From Vicinamibacteria bacterium (GTDB lineage: Bacteria; Acidobacteriota; Vicinamibacteria; Marinacidobacterales; Marinacidobacteraceae), in contig OZ219816.1 of the NCBI GenBank assembly GCA_964291235.2, positions 192,001-256,000 on the forward strand: 64,000 nucleotides of DNA, given 5' to 3'. Made by a program: the position numbers and the translations under genes. A model generated the notes under the pieces. It saw only the letters and a list, made by a program, of their open reading frames with translations, ran no database searches and was not told the origin of the DNA. Below are positions 29,202-38,699 of this stretch, piece after piece (the first letter of the stretch is position 1; every line of letters begins with the position of its first letter).

Positions 29202-29632
29202 TTGCTCTTCCGGACGTGAACGTCCTGGTCGCGCTTGCCTGGCCCAACCACGTGCATCACGACGCCGCCTGGGCTTGGTTCGACGCGGATCGGGACGCGG
29301 GCTGGGCGACGTGCCTGTTGACGGAGGCAGGTTTCGTGCGAGTCTCGTGCAACCGCGCCGCCGTCCGCCACACGGTGACCGCTCTCGACGCCATCGGGGT
29401 TCTGGAAGCCCTCACCCGGCTGGGCTCCCGCCGCTTCTGGCCGCTGGACCGCTCCATCAGTGCGCTGCCGGAATCGGTCAGTGCGCGCCTGCAGGGGTAC
29501 CGGCAGATCACGGACGCCCTGCTGTTGGCCGCCGCGATCCAGCGGGGCGGCCAGTTGACGACGTTTGACGGTGGCCTGAAAGGACTCGTCCCGGCCAGGC
29601 ACCAGTCGTCATTGCGCACCCTGCCGGTCTGA
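29198..29632 (+). CDS. vapC: VapC PIN-domain toxin
   Basis: LPDVNVLVAL.WP.H.HH, TEAGFVR, QITDA.L, TFD. Confidence 0.9.
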   Translation: MIALPDVNVLVALAWPNHVHHDAAWAWFDADRDAGWATCLLTEAGFVRVSCNRAAVRHTVTALDAIGVLEALTRLGSRRFWPLDRSISALPESVSARLQGYRQITDALLLAAAIQRGGQLTTFDGGLKGLVPARHQSSLRTLPV

Positions 29633-29734
29633 ATCCGCGGCGCCCCGTCGCTCGCTGCGCCGGAGCGGTCGCCGCGTGGCCGGGGGGCACAGGCTGCGCC
29701 TCCGCCCCCCGGGGGGGAGATTCCCGGGCGCGCC

Positions 29735-31540
29735 TCAGTGACGCCCGGGGCCAGCGCCCGGTCCCGCCGGGATGATCGGCAGGATGGCCTTCGAAGGATG
29801 GTCGGCGTCGTGGTAGATCGTGTTCTCCGCGATGATCACCGGCATGTCCTCGTCCATTTCCCGGCCGGTGTTGCCGTTCGGCAACCACTTCGGGAAGGCA
29901 CTGCTGGATACCGTCATCCGGATGCGGTGACCCGCCTTGAAGAGGTTCGAGATGGGATACATCTCGATCACGAACTTGTAGACCTCGCCGGGATTCATCA
30001 GGACCGGCGCTTCGTCGCCCTCGCGGTAGCGCGCGCGCAGGATGTTCTGGCGGAGGGTCTGCGAGTAGCCGTCCGGATGCACGTCGGTGATGGTCACCGT
30101 CCAGTCGGTGTCCACCGCGCTGGATGAGGCCCACAGTTCCACCGTCGGCATCCCGGTGACCTCGGTGTCCTCCTCGAGCACCGGCGTCGTGAAGGTCAGG
30201 CTGCGGCGGTCGGCCGGCCGGTTGTCGCGCGCGCCCATGGGCTGGATGAACAGGTCGCCGCCGATAGACGGCACCGGATCGCGCGGGTCGTACTCGTAGG
30301 TGGTTGAACCTTCGTCCCCCGGCGCCTCGGTCGAGAGCGTTCCGTCGTTCAGCGAGTCGATGGAATCTGCCTTGTCGGCCCGGAAGTAGTAGTCGGTCCG
30401 CACTTCGCGGGCGAGCGGATACTCGTTCTCCCGGCGCCAGGTGTTCGCACCCATGATGAAGAGGCTCACCTTCGGCTCGTCCATGATGCCGTTGTCGATG
30501 CCCTTCAGGTGGTAGTCGAACCAGCGCAGGCGCAGCCCGTTGTAGTCGATGGCCGCCTCGGGCCCGAAGTCGAGATCGCCGATCACCCGGGCGTTTACGA
30601 GGCCGGACCCGTGAAGCCACGGCCCGACGAACAGACGCTGGCTGTCCCTGGCGTTCGGCATGCCCTGAGCCTGGATGCCGTTGAAGTGGCCCACCTGCGA
30701 GTGCGGGTAGCGGTCGTACCAGCTCGCGTAGTGCATGATCGGAGTGTCGATCTGGTCCCACTGCTCGTCGACCGCGTACTGCCGCCAGTAGTCGTTGTAG
30801 TACGGGTTCTCGATCATGTCGGTCATCATGCGGGTGAGCATGCTCTGGCCCATCGGCATTTCGCTTTCGAGACGCCGTTCGTGCCACCGCCGCCAGGCCT
30901 GGTCGCGCCCGACGTAGCCGGTCCGCCGTCCGGGGTCGTCGAGCGGCACCGGCTGGACCATCTCGTTCTGGGACAGCAGCCAGGTCGGCATGATCATGTG
31001 GAGCGCGCCACCGGCCCAGTAGAGGTCCTTGTAGGCGTTCGACGCCGAGTGCGCACAAAACATGGCGGCCAGGTGCGGCGGCCGGGTCGGCGCGGTCAGG
31101 TACTGGTTGAAGCAGGTGAACGAGAGCCCCTGCGTCCCGACCTTTCCGGTGGACCAGGGCTGGGTCCCCGCCCACTCGATCGTGTCGTAGCCGTCCTGGC
31201 GCTCGTGCCACGCCTGGTCGAGCAGCCAGTGGTAGACGCCCTCCGAGTTGTAGCGGCCGCGCTCGTCCTGGACGATCGCGACGTAGCCGCGCTCGGCGAA
31301 GTAGGGCGCGTAGCGGTGCGCGCAGTCGCCCTTGTTGTACGGCGTCCGCTCGAGGATGACGGGGAAGGGACCGTCACCCTGGTTCTGCGGCATGTACACA
31401 TCGGTGGCCAGGTTGGTGCCGTCGCGCATCGGCACCATCACCTCTTCGCAGGTGTAGGGCTGGGCAAGGGCGCTCCCGGCGGCGAGCAACATGAGTGCCG
31501 CGCCAAACAGGATCCGGGTCGAACGGCTCATCGAAACCAT
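29735..31540 (-). CDS. CocE/NonD family serine hydrolase
   Basis: MRDGT.LATD, RTPYNK, QD.RGR..SEG, GPW.H, YDPRDPVP. Confidence 0.9.
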   Translation of the reverse strand: MVSMSRSTRILFGAALMLLAAGSALAQPYTCEEVMVPMRDGTNLATDVYMPQNQGDGPFPVILERTPYNKGDCAHRYAPYFAERGYVAIVQDERGRYNSEGVYHWLLDQAWHERQDGYDTIEWAGTQPWSTGKVGTQGLSFTCFNQYLTAPTRPPHLAAMFCAHSASNAYKDLYWAGGALHMIMPTWLLSQNEMVQPVPLDDPGRRTGYVGRDQAWRRWHERRLESEMPMGQSMLTRMMTDMIENPYYNDYWRQYAVDEQWDQIDTPIMHYASWYDRYPHSQVGHFNGIQAQGMPNARDSQRLFVGPWLHGSGLVNARVIGDLDFGPEAAIDYNGLRLRWFDYHLKGIDNGIMDEPKVSLFIMGANTWRRENEYPLAREVRTDYYFRADKADSIDSLNDGTLSTEAPGDEGSTTYEYDPRDPVPSIGGDLFIQPMGARDNRPADRRSLTFTTPVLEEDTEVTGMPTVELWASSSAVDTDWTVTITDVHPDGYSQTLRQNILRARYREGDEAPVLMNPGEVYKFVIEMYPISNLFKAGHRIRMTVSSSAFPKWLPNGNTGREMDEDMPVIIAENTIYHDADHPSKAILPIIPAGPGAGPGRH

Positions 31541-31782
31541 GGGTCTCCTCCACTCAGTCGAGTCGGTTACTGATTTCGCAGCCTACGGGCAGCCTTCGAC
31601 CCTGTCAACGGGCGTCACGCCCGCGGACCCCCCGCCACCCCCACGTTGTGCAGGCACGGGAACGCCGACCTCCAGGTCGGCACAGCGGGCCGCAGGCCCG
31701 CGGGCGGCGCATCGCGGCGCACGCCCACGGCGCGCAAAAGTTGCTGTCTCCCAACTGCGCAAAAGGTTCATGTCTCTCGAAC

Positions 31783-32149
31783 AGCTACTAGTTACGGCCC
31801 AGCCGACTCTCCCTCAGCTACTAGTTGCAGCCCGGCGATCCGCCCCGGCTACTAGTAGCAACCCAGCCGAATCCCCTTCAGCTACTAGTTGCAGCCCGAA
31901 AACCCGCCAAAGCTATTAGTTCAGCCCCCAAAAGCCGGCTCCAGCTACTAGTAGCAACCCAGCCGAATCCCCTTCAGCTACTAGTTGCAGCCCGAAAACC
32001 CGCCAGAGCTACTAGTTCAGCCCCCAAAGGCCGGCTCCAGCTACTAGTAGCAACCCAGCCGAATCCCCTTCAGCTACTAGTCGCAGCCCGGCGACCCGCT
32101 CCAGCTACTAGTAGCAATCCAGCCGAATTCCTTTCGGCTACTAGTTGCA
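31783..32149. repeat. Array of 12 palindromic (A/G)GCTACTAGT sites with 31-33 bp period
   Basis: Starts at 31783, 31816, 31847, 31880, 31911 (AGCTATTAGT variant), 31943, 31976, 32007, 32039, 32072, 32103, 32136. Confidence 0.95.
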
Positions 32150-32234
32150 GCCGGCCGACTTCGACTGTCACGAACGACGTAAAGAACTGTAACTCTAAAA
32201 GCCCTATATTGTTTGGCTTACATTCAACCGTCAC

Positions 32235-33256
32235 GTGCCCGCTCCCCTCAGTCTGTTCGACCCGCCAGAAGAGAAGCCACCCGGACTCGACGCCCTCCGC
32301 GCGTGGCTGCGAAAGCCTCGACCACGGCTTCGGGGCGTCTGGCTGTGGGTCCGCTTGGTCCTCTCGGGGATCGCAAAGGGATTTCGGTTCCTCAAGAAGC
32401 ATTGGCCCGCAGCACGCGAGGGGATCCACAAGCTCGCGGTCGAGAGTGAGAAGGTCGCGCGCGGGGCGATCCGGGTCGGCTACGCCGCCGCGACTTCGGC
32501 GGAGGCGTCGTGCGCAGCACGCGAGCCTTGCGAGGGGACGACGGAAAGGTCAGCGGAACCACGGCGAAGGTTCGGCAAGTGGGCCGAGCGGTGCGGGGCT
32601 TCGGCGGCCGGTTGACCGAGGGAGGCGCCGGAGCAGCGGCGGCGCTCTCCAGCCTGGCCCGACTGTTCCCCGCCGCGGGCAAACAGGAAGCGAGCGGACT
32701 CGGCCTGCTGGACCCACCCGAGGACAGCGAGCCCGGACTCCCCGAGCCTCCGCTGCGACCCCACCACAAACCGGCGGAACCGGATCGCCCGGACCGGCCT
32801 TCCAGCCCCGAGGCGCCGCGACCGGCACTCCCGCGGATCCCATCGGAACGACGCTCCGAGCGTCCGGCAGAAACCACGAAACCCGAGACACCGAACGAGC
32901 CACCCGCGGCGGCGGCTCCCAAACAGGACCGAGAAGCCCGCTTCAAGGGTCTCCCGGAGTTGTTCATCCCCGAGGCAGCCGCTACGGATGCTCGGCCCCA
33001 CCCGGAAGCTCTGCGCGTACTGATCCTCGACATCTGCCGTGAGCGCGACTGGACCACTCCGGGCGAGCTCGCGCGCTGGTTCGACATGCACCGGCGCAGC
33101 CTCTCCAACCGCTACATCCGCCCGCTCGTGGAGGCCGGCCTGCTGGAGCGGCGCTATCCGGACCGCCCGAACTCTCCCAAGCAGGCGTACCGGACCCGGC
33201 GCGACACGGCGCCGCCGCATCCCGGCACCGTTCCTCCCGCGGCCGCAAAGAGCTGA
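32235..33256 (+). pseudogene. Apparently frameshifted gene: amphipathic N-terminus, Pro-rich linker, C-terminal Fic/RecG-C-like winged helix
   Basis: ORFs 32235-32615 and 32510-33256 join near 32490; C-terminus ELARWF..HRRSLSNRYIRPLVEAGLLERRYPDRPNSPKQAY. Confidence 0.6.
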
Positions 33257-33425
33257 CGCGCCGACCACGAAGTCCATGCACATCGTCGCCGGGGACCTCG
33301 GCCTCGAACACCTCTGGGTCGTCTATCCGGGGGAGCTGGAGTACCCGCTGGGTGACGGGATCACCGCCCTGCCGCTCGCGAGGGTTGCGGGCCTGCCCCT
33401 GTCGCACCCGGACCAGGCCCGGTGA
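33257..33425 (+). pseudogene. C-terminal remnant of an AAA+/DUF4143 ATP-binding protein
   Basis: DAPTTKSMHIVAGDLGLEHLWVVYPG...LGDGITALPL resembles DUF4143 C-termini; no N-terminal part. Confidence 0.6.
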
Positions 33426-33534
33426 CAGTCAGCATCCAAAGTCACGGTTCTTTCGACTCGTCGGCCGCATCGCCTCCCGGAACGGCGAAGTAAACCTTCG
33501 CCGCCGCCAGCAACGACGGGTCGAGGAACAGGTC

Positions 33535-34785
33535 CTACAGCACCCGCCACCAGGGCGCGGCGAGCACATCGGACGCGACCCAGGAAACCTCGGTTCCTCC
33601 GTGCAGCAGCAGCCCGGGCCGCGCCATCTCGCCGTACTCTGCCTGGAACACCCGCAAACCCGCGGCGTCCCGGAACCGCGGGGTGGTGGTCGCCTTGACT
33701 TCGATAGGCAGCAGCCGGTCCCCGGCTTCCACTACGAAGTCCACTTCCTCGCCCAGCGTGGTGCGCCAATGGAAGACCTCGGCCCGTCCCCGGCCGGCGG
33801 GCCGGGCATCGCGCCAGGCGAGCAGGTCGCCCAGCACGATGTTCTCCAGATGGGCGCCCGAGGGTTCGCCGCCGCTCAGGTGGAGCGCCAGTCCGCCATC
33901 GCACCAAAAGACCTTCGGCGACTTCATGAGCCGCTTCGTGCGGTTCACGCTGTACGCCGGGACGGGGACGAACAGATACGAAGTCTCCAGGAGGTTGAGC
34001 CACCGCCGCACCGTCGGTTGCGGCAACGCGGCGTCCCGCCCCATCCCGGTGTGGTTGGCGAGCTGACCGAGGCGCAGACTGGCGATGCGCATCAACCGCC
34101 GGAAGTCCGGCAGTGCGGTGATTCGGGCCAGCGCCCTCAAGTCGCGCTCGAGGTAGGTGCGCTCGTACCCCTCGAACCAGTCGGCGCGAGTTTCCGGGTC
34201 GTCGAGGTGGAGCGCCGGGGTCGGAAAGCCTCCGCGCCGCGCCAGGCGACGCCAGTCGGCAGGGCGGTCGGGTTGCGAGGCGACCAGTTCCCGCCATTCG
34301 CCCGCGGCCGTAGCGAGGAGGTCTTCCCAGATGCCGCAGCGCCCGCATCCCTCCGTCTCGCCCCGGGTCATGGGCCAGAGCGCGACGTAGCCGGCGCGCC
34401 CCGCGAGCGATTCCGAGACCTGCCGCATGAGCAGCAGGTCGGCGGAGCCCGTGAGAAGAAATTTCCCCGGCCGCCGGTCCGTGTCCACTGCGCGCTTGAC
34501 TGCGAGCAGCAGATCGGGCGCGCGCTGCACCTCGTCGAGAGTGATCGGTCCGCCGCCCGCGAAAAGTGCCCGCGGGTCGCGTCGTGCGGTGTCGAGAGTG
34601 TCGAAGTCGTCCAGCGACCGGTAGTTCCGCGTCCCGCCCCCGATCTCCTGGGCGAGCGTGCTCTTCCCGGTCTGCCGGGCTCCCGTCAGGACCGCGACGG
34701 GCATGGCGGACAGCACCCGCCGCAGGCGCTCCGCCGCCAGTCGGGGAAGGGATGCACGGTCAGTCATGTGGTGAATGATATTCAT
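33535..34785 (-). CDS. AAA+ ATPase with DUF4143 nuclease-like C-terminus
   Basis: GARQTGKST, LDEVQRAP, LTGS, GGFP, EVDFVVE...IEVK; alternative start 34767. Confidence 0.9.
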   Translation of the reverse strand: MNIIHHMTDRASLPRLAAERLRRVLSAMPVAVLTGARQTGKSTLAQEIGGGTRNYRSLDDFDTLDTARRDPRALFAGGGPITLDEVQRAPDLLLAVKRAVDTDRRPGKFLLTGSADLLLMRQVSESLAGRAGYVALWPMTRGETEGCGRCGIWEDLLATAAGEWRELVASQPDRPADWRRLARRGGFPTPALHLDDPETRADWFEGYERTYLERDLRALARITALPDFRRLMRIASLRLGQLANHTGMGRDAALPQPTVRRWLNLLETSYLFVPVPAYSVNRTKRLMKSPKVFWCDGGLALHLSGGEPSGAHLENIVLGDLLAWRDARPAGRGRAEVFHWRTTLGEEVDFVVEAGDRLLPIEVKATTTPRFRDAAGLRVFQAEYGEMARPGLLLHGGTEVSWVASDVLAAPWWRVL

Positions 34786-34932
34786 TCATGACGTGGCTTT
34801 CGAACGCACAACGACATTTCCCCGACGGGCAAGGGCGATGTCGTTGGGCATCGGAAGGGGCCGTCTCGTCCTGGATCTTTATTTTAGGTAATACTTATAT
34901 AAGTTCATTCTTGAATCTTTGGGGAGAACATC

Positions 34933-35574
34933 ATGGTTTTCGATGTCGAAGGACACCTCGGCGCGGTCGAGCGCTCGGTGGTATCGCTGGAGCGCGACGG
35001 GCGATCCGCTCGTGCGCTCACTCTTTCCCGCAGCTACCCGACGACGGTTGAGGACCTGTGGGACGCAGTGACGAACGGCGAGCGCATTCCGCGCTGGTTC
35101 CTGCCGATCCGCGGGGAACTCGAACCGGGGGGACGCTTCCAGTTCGAAGGGAATGCCGGGGGCAAGATCACCGCGTGTGAACCGCCCGCCCGTCTTGCGC
35201 TCACCTGGGAGTGGGGCGGGGACGTCAGTTGGGTCGAGGTGCGCATCTCGGACGACGGCGCCGGCGGCGCGCGGCTGGCCCTCACCCACACCGTGCTCCT
35301 TTCGGACCAATGGCGTGAGTTCGGGCCCGGGGCGACCGGCCTCGGCTGGGAGGGCGGGCTCCTGGGGCTCGCGATGTATCTCGCCCAGCCGGATGCGCCG
35401 AAGCCCGACGAAGCCGCGTTCACCGCTTCCCCCGATGGCAAGGCCTTCTACACCGGCAGCAGCGCGGCGTGGGGGGAAGCGGCCGTGGCGGCCGAAACGG
35501 ACCCCGAAGCGGCGCGCGCGGCGGCGCGTCGCGTCGCTCGGTTCTTCACCGGGGAACCCGGCGAGCCCGCCTGA
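34933..35574 (+). CDS. SRPBCC/AHSA1 domain protein
   Basis: DLWDAVT..ERIPRWFLP, CEPP, GPGATGLGW. Confidence 0.85.
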   Translation: MVFDVEGHLGAVERSVVSLERDGRSARALTLSRSYPTTVEDLWDAVTNGERIPRWFLPIRGELEPGGRFQFEGNAGGKITACEPPARLALTWEWGGDVSWVEVRISDDGAGGARLALTHTVLLSDQWREFGPGATGLGWEGGLLGLAMYLAQPDAPKPDEAAFTASPDGKAFYTGSSAAWGEAAVAAETDPEAARAAARRVARFFTGEPGEPA

Positions 35575-35900
35575 TGCACGCGTTCGAGGTGCTCCGCGAC
35601 CCGGTCCGGCGGCGCATCCTCGAGCTCCTCGCCGACGGAGACCACGCCGCCGGCGCCATCGCGGAGGTCATCCGGCGCGAGTTCGGCATCACGCAGGCTG
35701 CGGTGTCGCAGCACCTCAAGGTCATGCGTGACAGCGGCTTCGCGACGGTGCGCAACGACGGCGCCCGGCGCCTCTACGCCGTGGACGCGGATCCGCTGAA
35801 GGATGTGGCCGCGTGGCTGGAGCGGTTCCGCCGGCTGTGGGAGCCGACGCTCGATGCGCTGGCGACCGAGGTCGCGAGAGGCAAGCGAAGACGGACGTAA
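35574..35900 (+). CDS. ArsR/SmtB family transcriptional regulator
   Basis: DPVRRRILELL, SQHLKVMR, RRLY; TGATG coupling with upstream gene. Confidence 0.9.
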   Translation: MHAFEVLRDPVRRRILELLADGDHAAGAIAEVIRREFGITQAAVSQHLKVMRDSGFATVRNDGARRLYAVDADPLKDVAAWLERFRRLWEPTLDALATEVARGKRRRT

Positions 35901-36047
35901 TCCGGAACGAGCCGCTCAGCTCTCACCGGCCGACAGCGCGTTCAGCTCGGACCCAACCCCGCCTTAGTGGCCTGGCATCGCCCCGAAGTCTTCCCGGGAG
36001 AACCGCGGACGAGTTGACCGGCGCCGATTGCCGGCAGCCGCCAGGCG

Positions 36048-37628
36048 TCAGTTCTCCTGCCGGACCGTCGGGTACTCGATCCCCAACTGCTCCAGATAGC
36101 TGTCATACCGCTCCGGGTCGTAGTAGAACGGCCGCATGGCCTCTCGGAAGGAGTCCATCCGCTCCTTGTTCAGATGGATGGCTGGAGGGTCGTCATCGCT
36201 GATCAGCGGGCTGTACTGGTGCTCGGCGGTCTGTCCGGCGAAGTAGTCCTTCGCCGCCGCGACCAGTGACGGATTGAGGAACAGGTCCATCAGGGTCATC
36301 GCAATCACGCGCGCCCCGGCGGTCACGCCCTTGTGGGCGATGGGGGTCGCCATAGCCACCGCGTTCGCCCAGTGGTGGCCCGGGCCGCCCGGGATGTTCG
36401 CCGGGTAGCGCATGGTGACGGTGGGGACCTTCCAGGAGATATCCCCGATGTCGTCGGAGAAACCCCCGAGCCGGGGCTCGGGCGCCGGCCCGCCCATCTG
36501 GCCGAGTTCCATGGCGAGACCGCGCTCTTCGACCCCCAGCTCGCGCTGGAGACCGCGGGCGAGCGTCTGGTCGGCCTCGCTCCACTCCGGGAGCCCCACC
36601 CGCTCGATGTTGGCCCACAGCGCCTCGGCGACCGGCTTGTTGAAGTGGCGCGGATACGCGTGGCCCAGGATGCGCCACGACGCCTTGGTCGAGGTCATCG
36701 CGGCCGCCGCCTCGGCCATCGTGTTGCCGAGCTCGTAGAGCTCCTTCATGTGCGGCTGGTCGAGTTCGCGGAAGTAGTACCAAACCGACGCGAGCTGGGG
36801 CACCACGTTGGGCTGATCGCCGCCGTTCGAGATCACGTAGTGCGAACGGTGCGGCAGGCGCAGGTGCTCGCGCTTGACGTTCCAGGCCATGTTCATGATC
36901 TCGACGGCGTCGAGCGCGCTGCGGCCTCTCCACGGCGCCCCCGCGGAGTGCGCGGATTCGCCCTCGAACGTGTATTCCACGGACACGAGGCCGCTGCCCC
37001 TGCCCTGGCCCCAGCTCACCCCGAAGTCGGAGGCCACGTGGGTGAAGATGTTGATGTCGATGTCGTCGAAGTGGCCGGCGCGGATGAACCACGCCTTGGT
37101 GGCGAGCAGTTCCTCCGCGACTCCCGGCCAGATGACGATGGTCCCGGGGATCCCCTCGCGCTCCATGACCTCCTTGGCGGCAAGCGCTCCCACGATGATC
37201 ACCGCCTGACCCGAGTTGTGGCCCTCGCCGTGGCCGGGGGCGCCTTCGACGAGCGGGTCGAGATAGGCGACGCCGGGTTTTTGGGACGCCTTTGGGATGC
37301 CGTCGATGTCGCTGCCGAGCGCGATCACCGGCGAGCCCGAACCCCAGCGCGCCATCCAGGCGGTGGGGATGCCGGCGATCCCTTCCTCGATCTCGAAGCC
37401 GTTGTCGCGGAGCACGTCGGTCAGGTAGCGCGAGGTCTCGACCTCCTGGAAGCCGAGCTCCCCGAAGCTGAAGACGGAGTCCACGATCACCTGGGCCAGC
37501 TTGGCGCGCTCGGCGGCGCCCTGATCGGCGACCGGGCGGAGGGTTTCGAGGTTCTGGGCGGCTGCAGGGGCGACGGCGAACGCCAGCAGGAGTCCCAAAA
37601 GGACGGTGCGTCTGATGAACTGGGACAT
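36048..37628 (-). CDS. M20 amidohydrolase (AbgB-like) with signal peptide
   Basis: ELGFQE, GHGEGHNSG, SAH.AGAPW.GRSALDA, SDDIGD. Confidence 0.88.
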   Translation of the reverse strand: MSQFIRRTVLLGLLLAFAVAPAAAQNLETLRPVADQGAAERAKLAQVIVDSVFSFGELGFQEVETSRYLTDVLRDNGFEIEEGIAGIPTAWMARWGSGSPVIALGSDIDGIPKASQKPGVAYLDPLVEGAPGHGEGHNSGQAVIIVGALAAKEVMEREGIPGTIVIWPGVAEELLATKAWFIRAGHFDDIDINIFTHVASDFGVSWGQGRGSGLVSVEYTFEGESAHSAGAPWRGRSALDAVEIMNMAWNVKREHLRLPHRSHYVISNGGDQPNVVPQLASVWYYFRELDQPHMKELYELGNTMAEAAAAMTSTKASWRILGHAYPRHFNKPVAEALWANIERVGLPEWSEADQTLARGLQRELGVEERGLAMELGQMGGPAPEPRLGGFSDDIGDISWKVPTVTMRYPANIPGGPGHHWANAVAMATPIAHKGVTAGARVIAMTLMDLFLNPSLVAAAKDYFAGQTAEHQYSPLISDDDPPAIHLNKERMDSFREAMRPFYYDPERYDSYLEQLGIEYPTVRQEN

Positions 37629-37629
37629 G

Positions 37630-37675
37630 GGAACCTCCCGTCGGGAGCCTGACCCCCGGCGGGCGATTCTACGGG
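37630..37675 (-). promoter_or_regulatory. RBS and -10 element shared with the S9 peptidase upstream region (52908-52955)
   Basis: ACGGGAGGTTC and CCCGTAGAATCG on the minus strand at both loci. Confidence 0.5.
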
Positions 37676-37811
37676 GGTGGGGGACGGCGGCTCCGCCGCG
37701 ACAGCCGGGAGCGACACGCGGTTTCGCCCGCTGCGCGGGCGATGCCGGTCTGGAGACCGGCGCTCCAAGCCCCTGCGCCGTGCGCGGGAGCGGCTATACG
37801 CGATTCCGCTC

Positions 37812-37849
37812 TCAGTAGGACACGCGCTCGAGTTCCTCCAGATACCCGA
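37812..37849 (-). pseudogene. Short copy of the S9 peptidase 3' end
   Basis: GYLEELERVSY* vs GYLEELKGVSH*. Confidence 0.7.
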
Positions 37850-37901
37850 AGCGTTTGAGCGCCGCGAAACGGGTGCGGCCAGCAATACGATTGCCGACAC
37901 G

Positions 37902-38324
37902 ATGAACACCAAGAAGCTGATCTTGGGAACCGCCGCCTATACGGTCTGCACGTTCTCGCTCGCCGTGGGCTGGCATGTGCTGCTCTTCCGGGAGCGATAC
38001 GAATCGTTCGGCTACTTCGAAGGGGAGCCGGACTTTCTGCTCGGTCTGCTGACGATCGTGCTCCAGGGCGTCTTGCTCTCCGCCCTGTTTCCGATGCTGA
38101 AGGCCGAGGGAACCCCGTTGCGGCGGGGGATCCGGTTCGCTCTCATTACCGGCGCCTTCTTCTGGACCTCGCACGTGCTCGCCTTCGTCGCCAAGCAGCA
38201 AGTGCCGGGAGTAGCAACGTTCGTCGGGATGGAAACGGCCTATCTGGTGCTCCAATTCGGGCTGTTCGGCCTGATCATCGGCGCCATCCACGGTGGAGGG
38301 ATTCGGCAAGCGCGTGCCGGCTGA
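37902..38324 (+). CDS. Hypothetical 4-TM membrane protein
   Basis: MNTKKLILG...; four hydrophobic helices. Confidence 0.75.
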   Translation: MNTKKLILGTAAYTVCTFSLAVGWHVLLFRERYESFGYFEGEPDFLLGLLTIVLQGVLLSALFPMLKAEGTPLRRGIRFALITGAFFWTSHVLAFVAKQQVPGVATFVGMETAYLVLQFGLFGLIIGAIHGGGIRQARAG

Positions 38325-38354
38325 AGCCGGCGGTCCAAGCCTGCGCGCCGCCTT

Positions 38355-38568
38355 TCAGTGCGACACGCCCTCGAGTTCCTCCAGGTACCCGACCCCCGGC
38401 AGCTCGGTGTCCTTTCCCAGGAGATAGAAGTCGAAGAACGCCTTCATGTCGGCGAGCATCTCCATCCTGTTCTCGAAGCCCCTGACGTAGAAGTTCTCGC
38501 CCGCGTAGGCCCTTGTAGCGGGCGGGCTTGTAGAGGCGCCGCAGCTCCCGGAAGAATCCGGTCATCTG
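38355..38568 (-). pseudogene. ~215-bp displaced copy of the S9 peptidase 3' end (att-like)
   Basis: Aligns with 50929-51141; many synonymous changes and one 1-bp insertion. Confidence 0.9.
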
Positions 38569-38699
38569 GTGGCGGGGAGGTTCACGACGCTCGAAATTGA
38601 TCGCGTGGTTCAAGCATCGAAGGCCCGTCGGTATCATCGGGAACCGATGGTCGGCCAAGGCCGAAGCCGTCCGTAGCACCACAAACGAGGACAGTCGCA

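Noticed and set aside
31783-32149. CRISPR array
   Set aside because: Conserved core is only 10-14 bp, linkers are short and recur in three classes, and no cas genes are present in the window
31825-33042. 405-aa ORF running through the array
   Set aside because: Open only because 33+31+32=96 keeps frame; the motif changes reading frame between units, and the ORF overlaps a better gene
38355-38568. Diversity-generating retroelement template repeat for the S9 C-terminus
   Set aside because: Differences are not adenine-specific, are largely synonymous, and no reverse transcriptase is present
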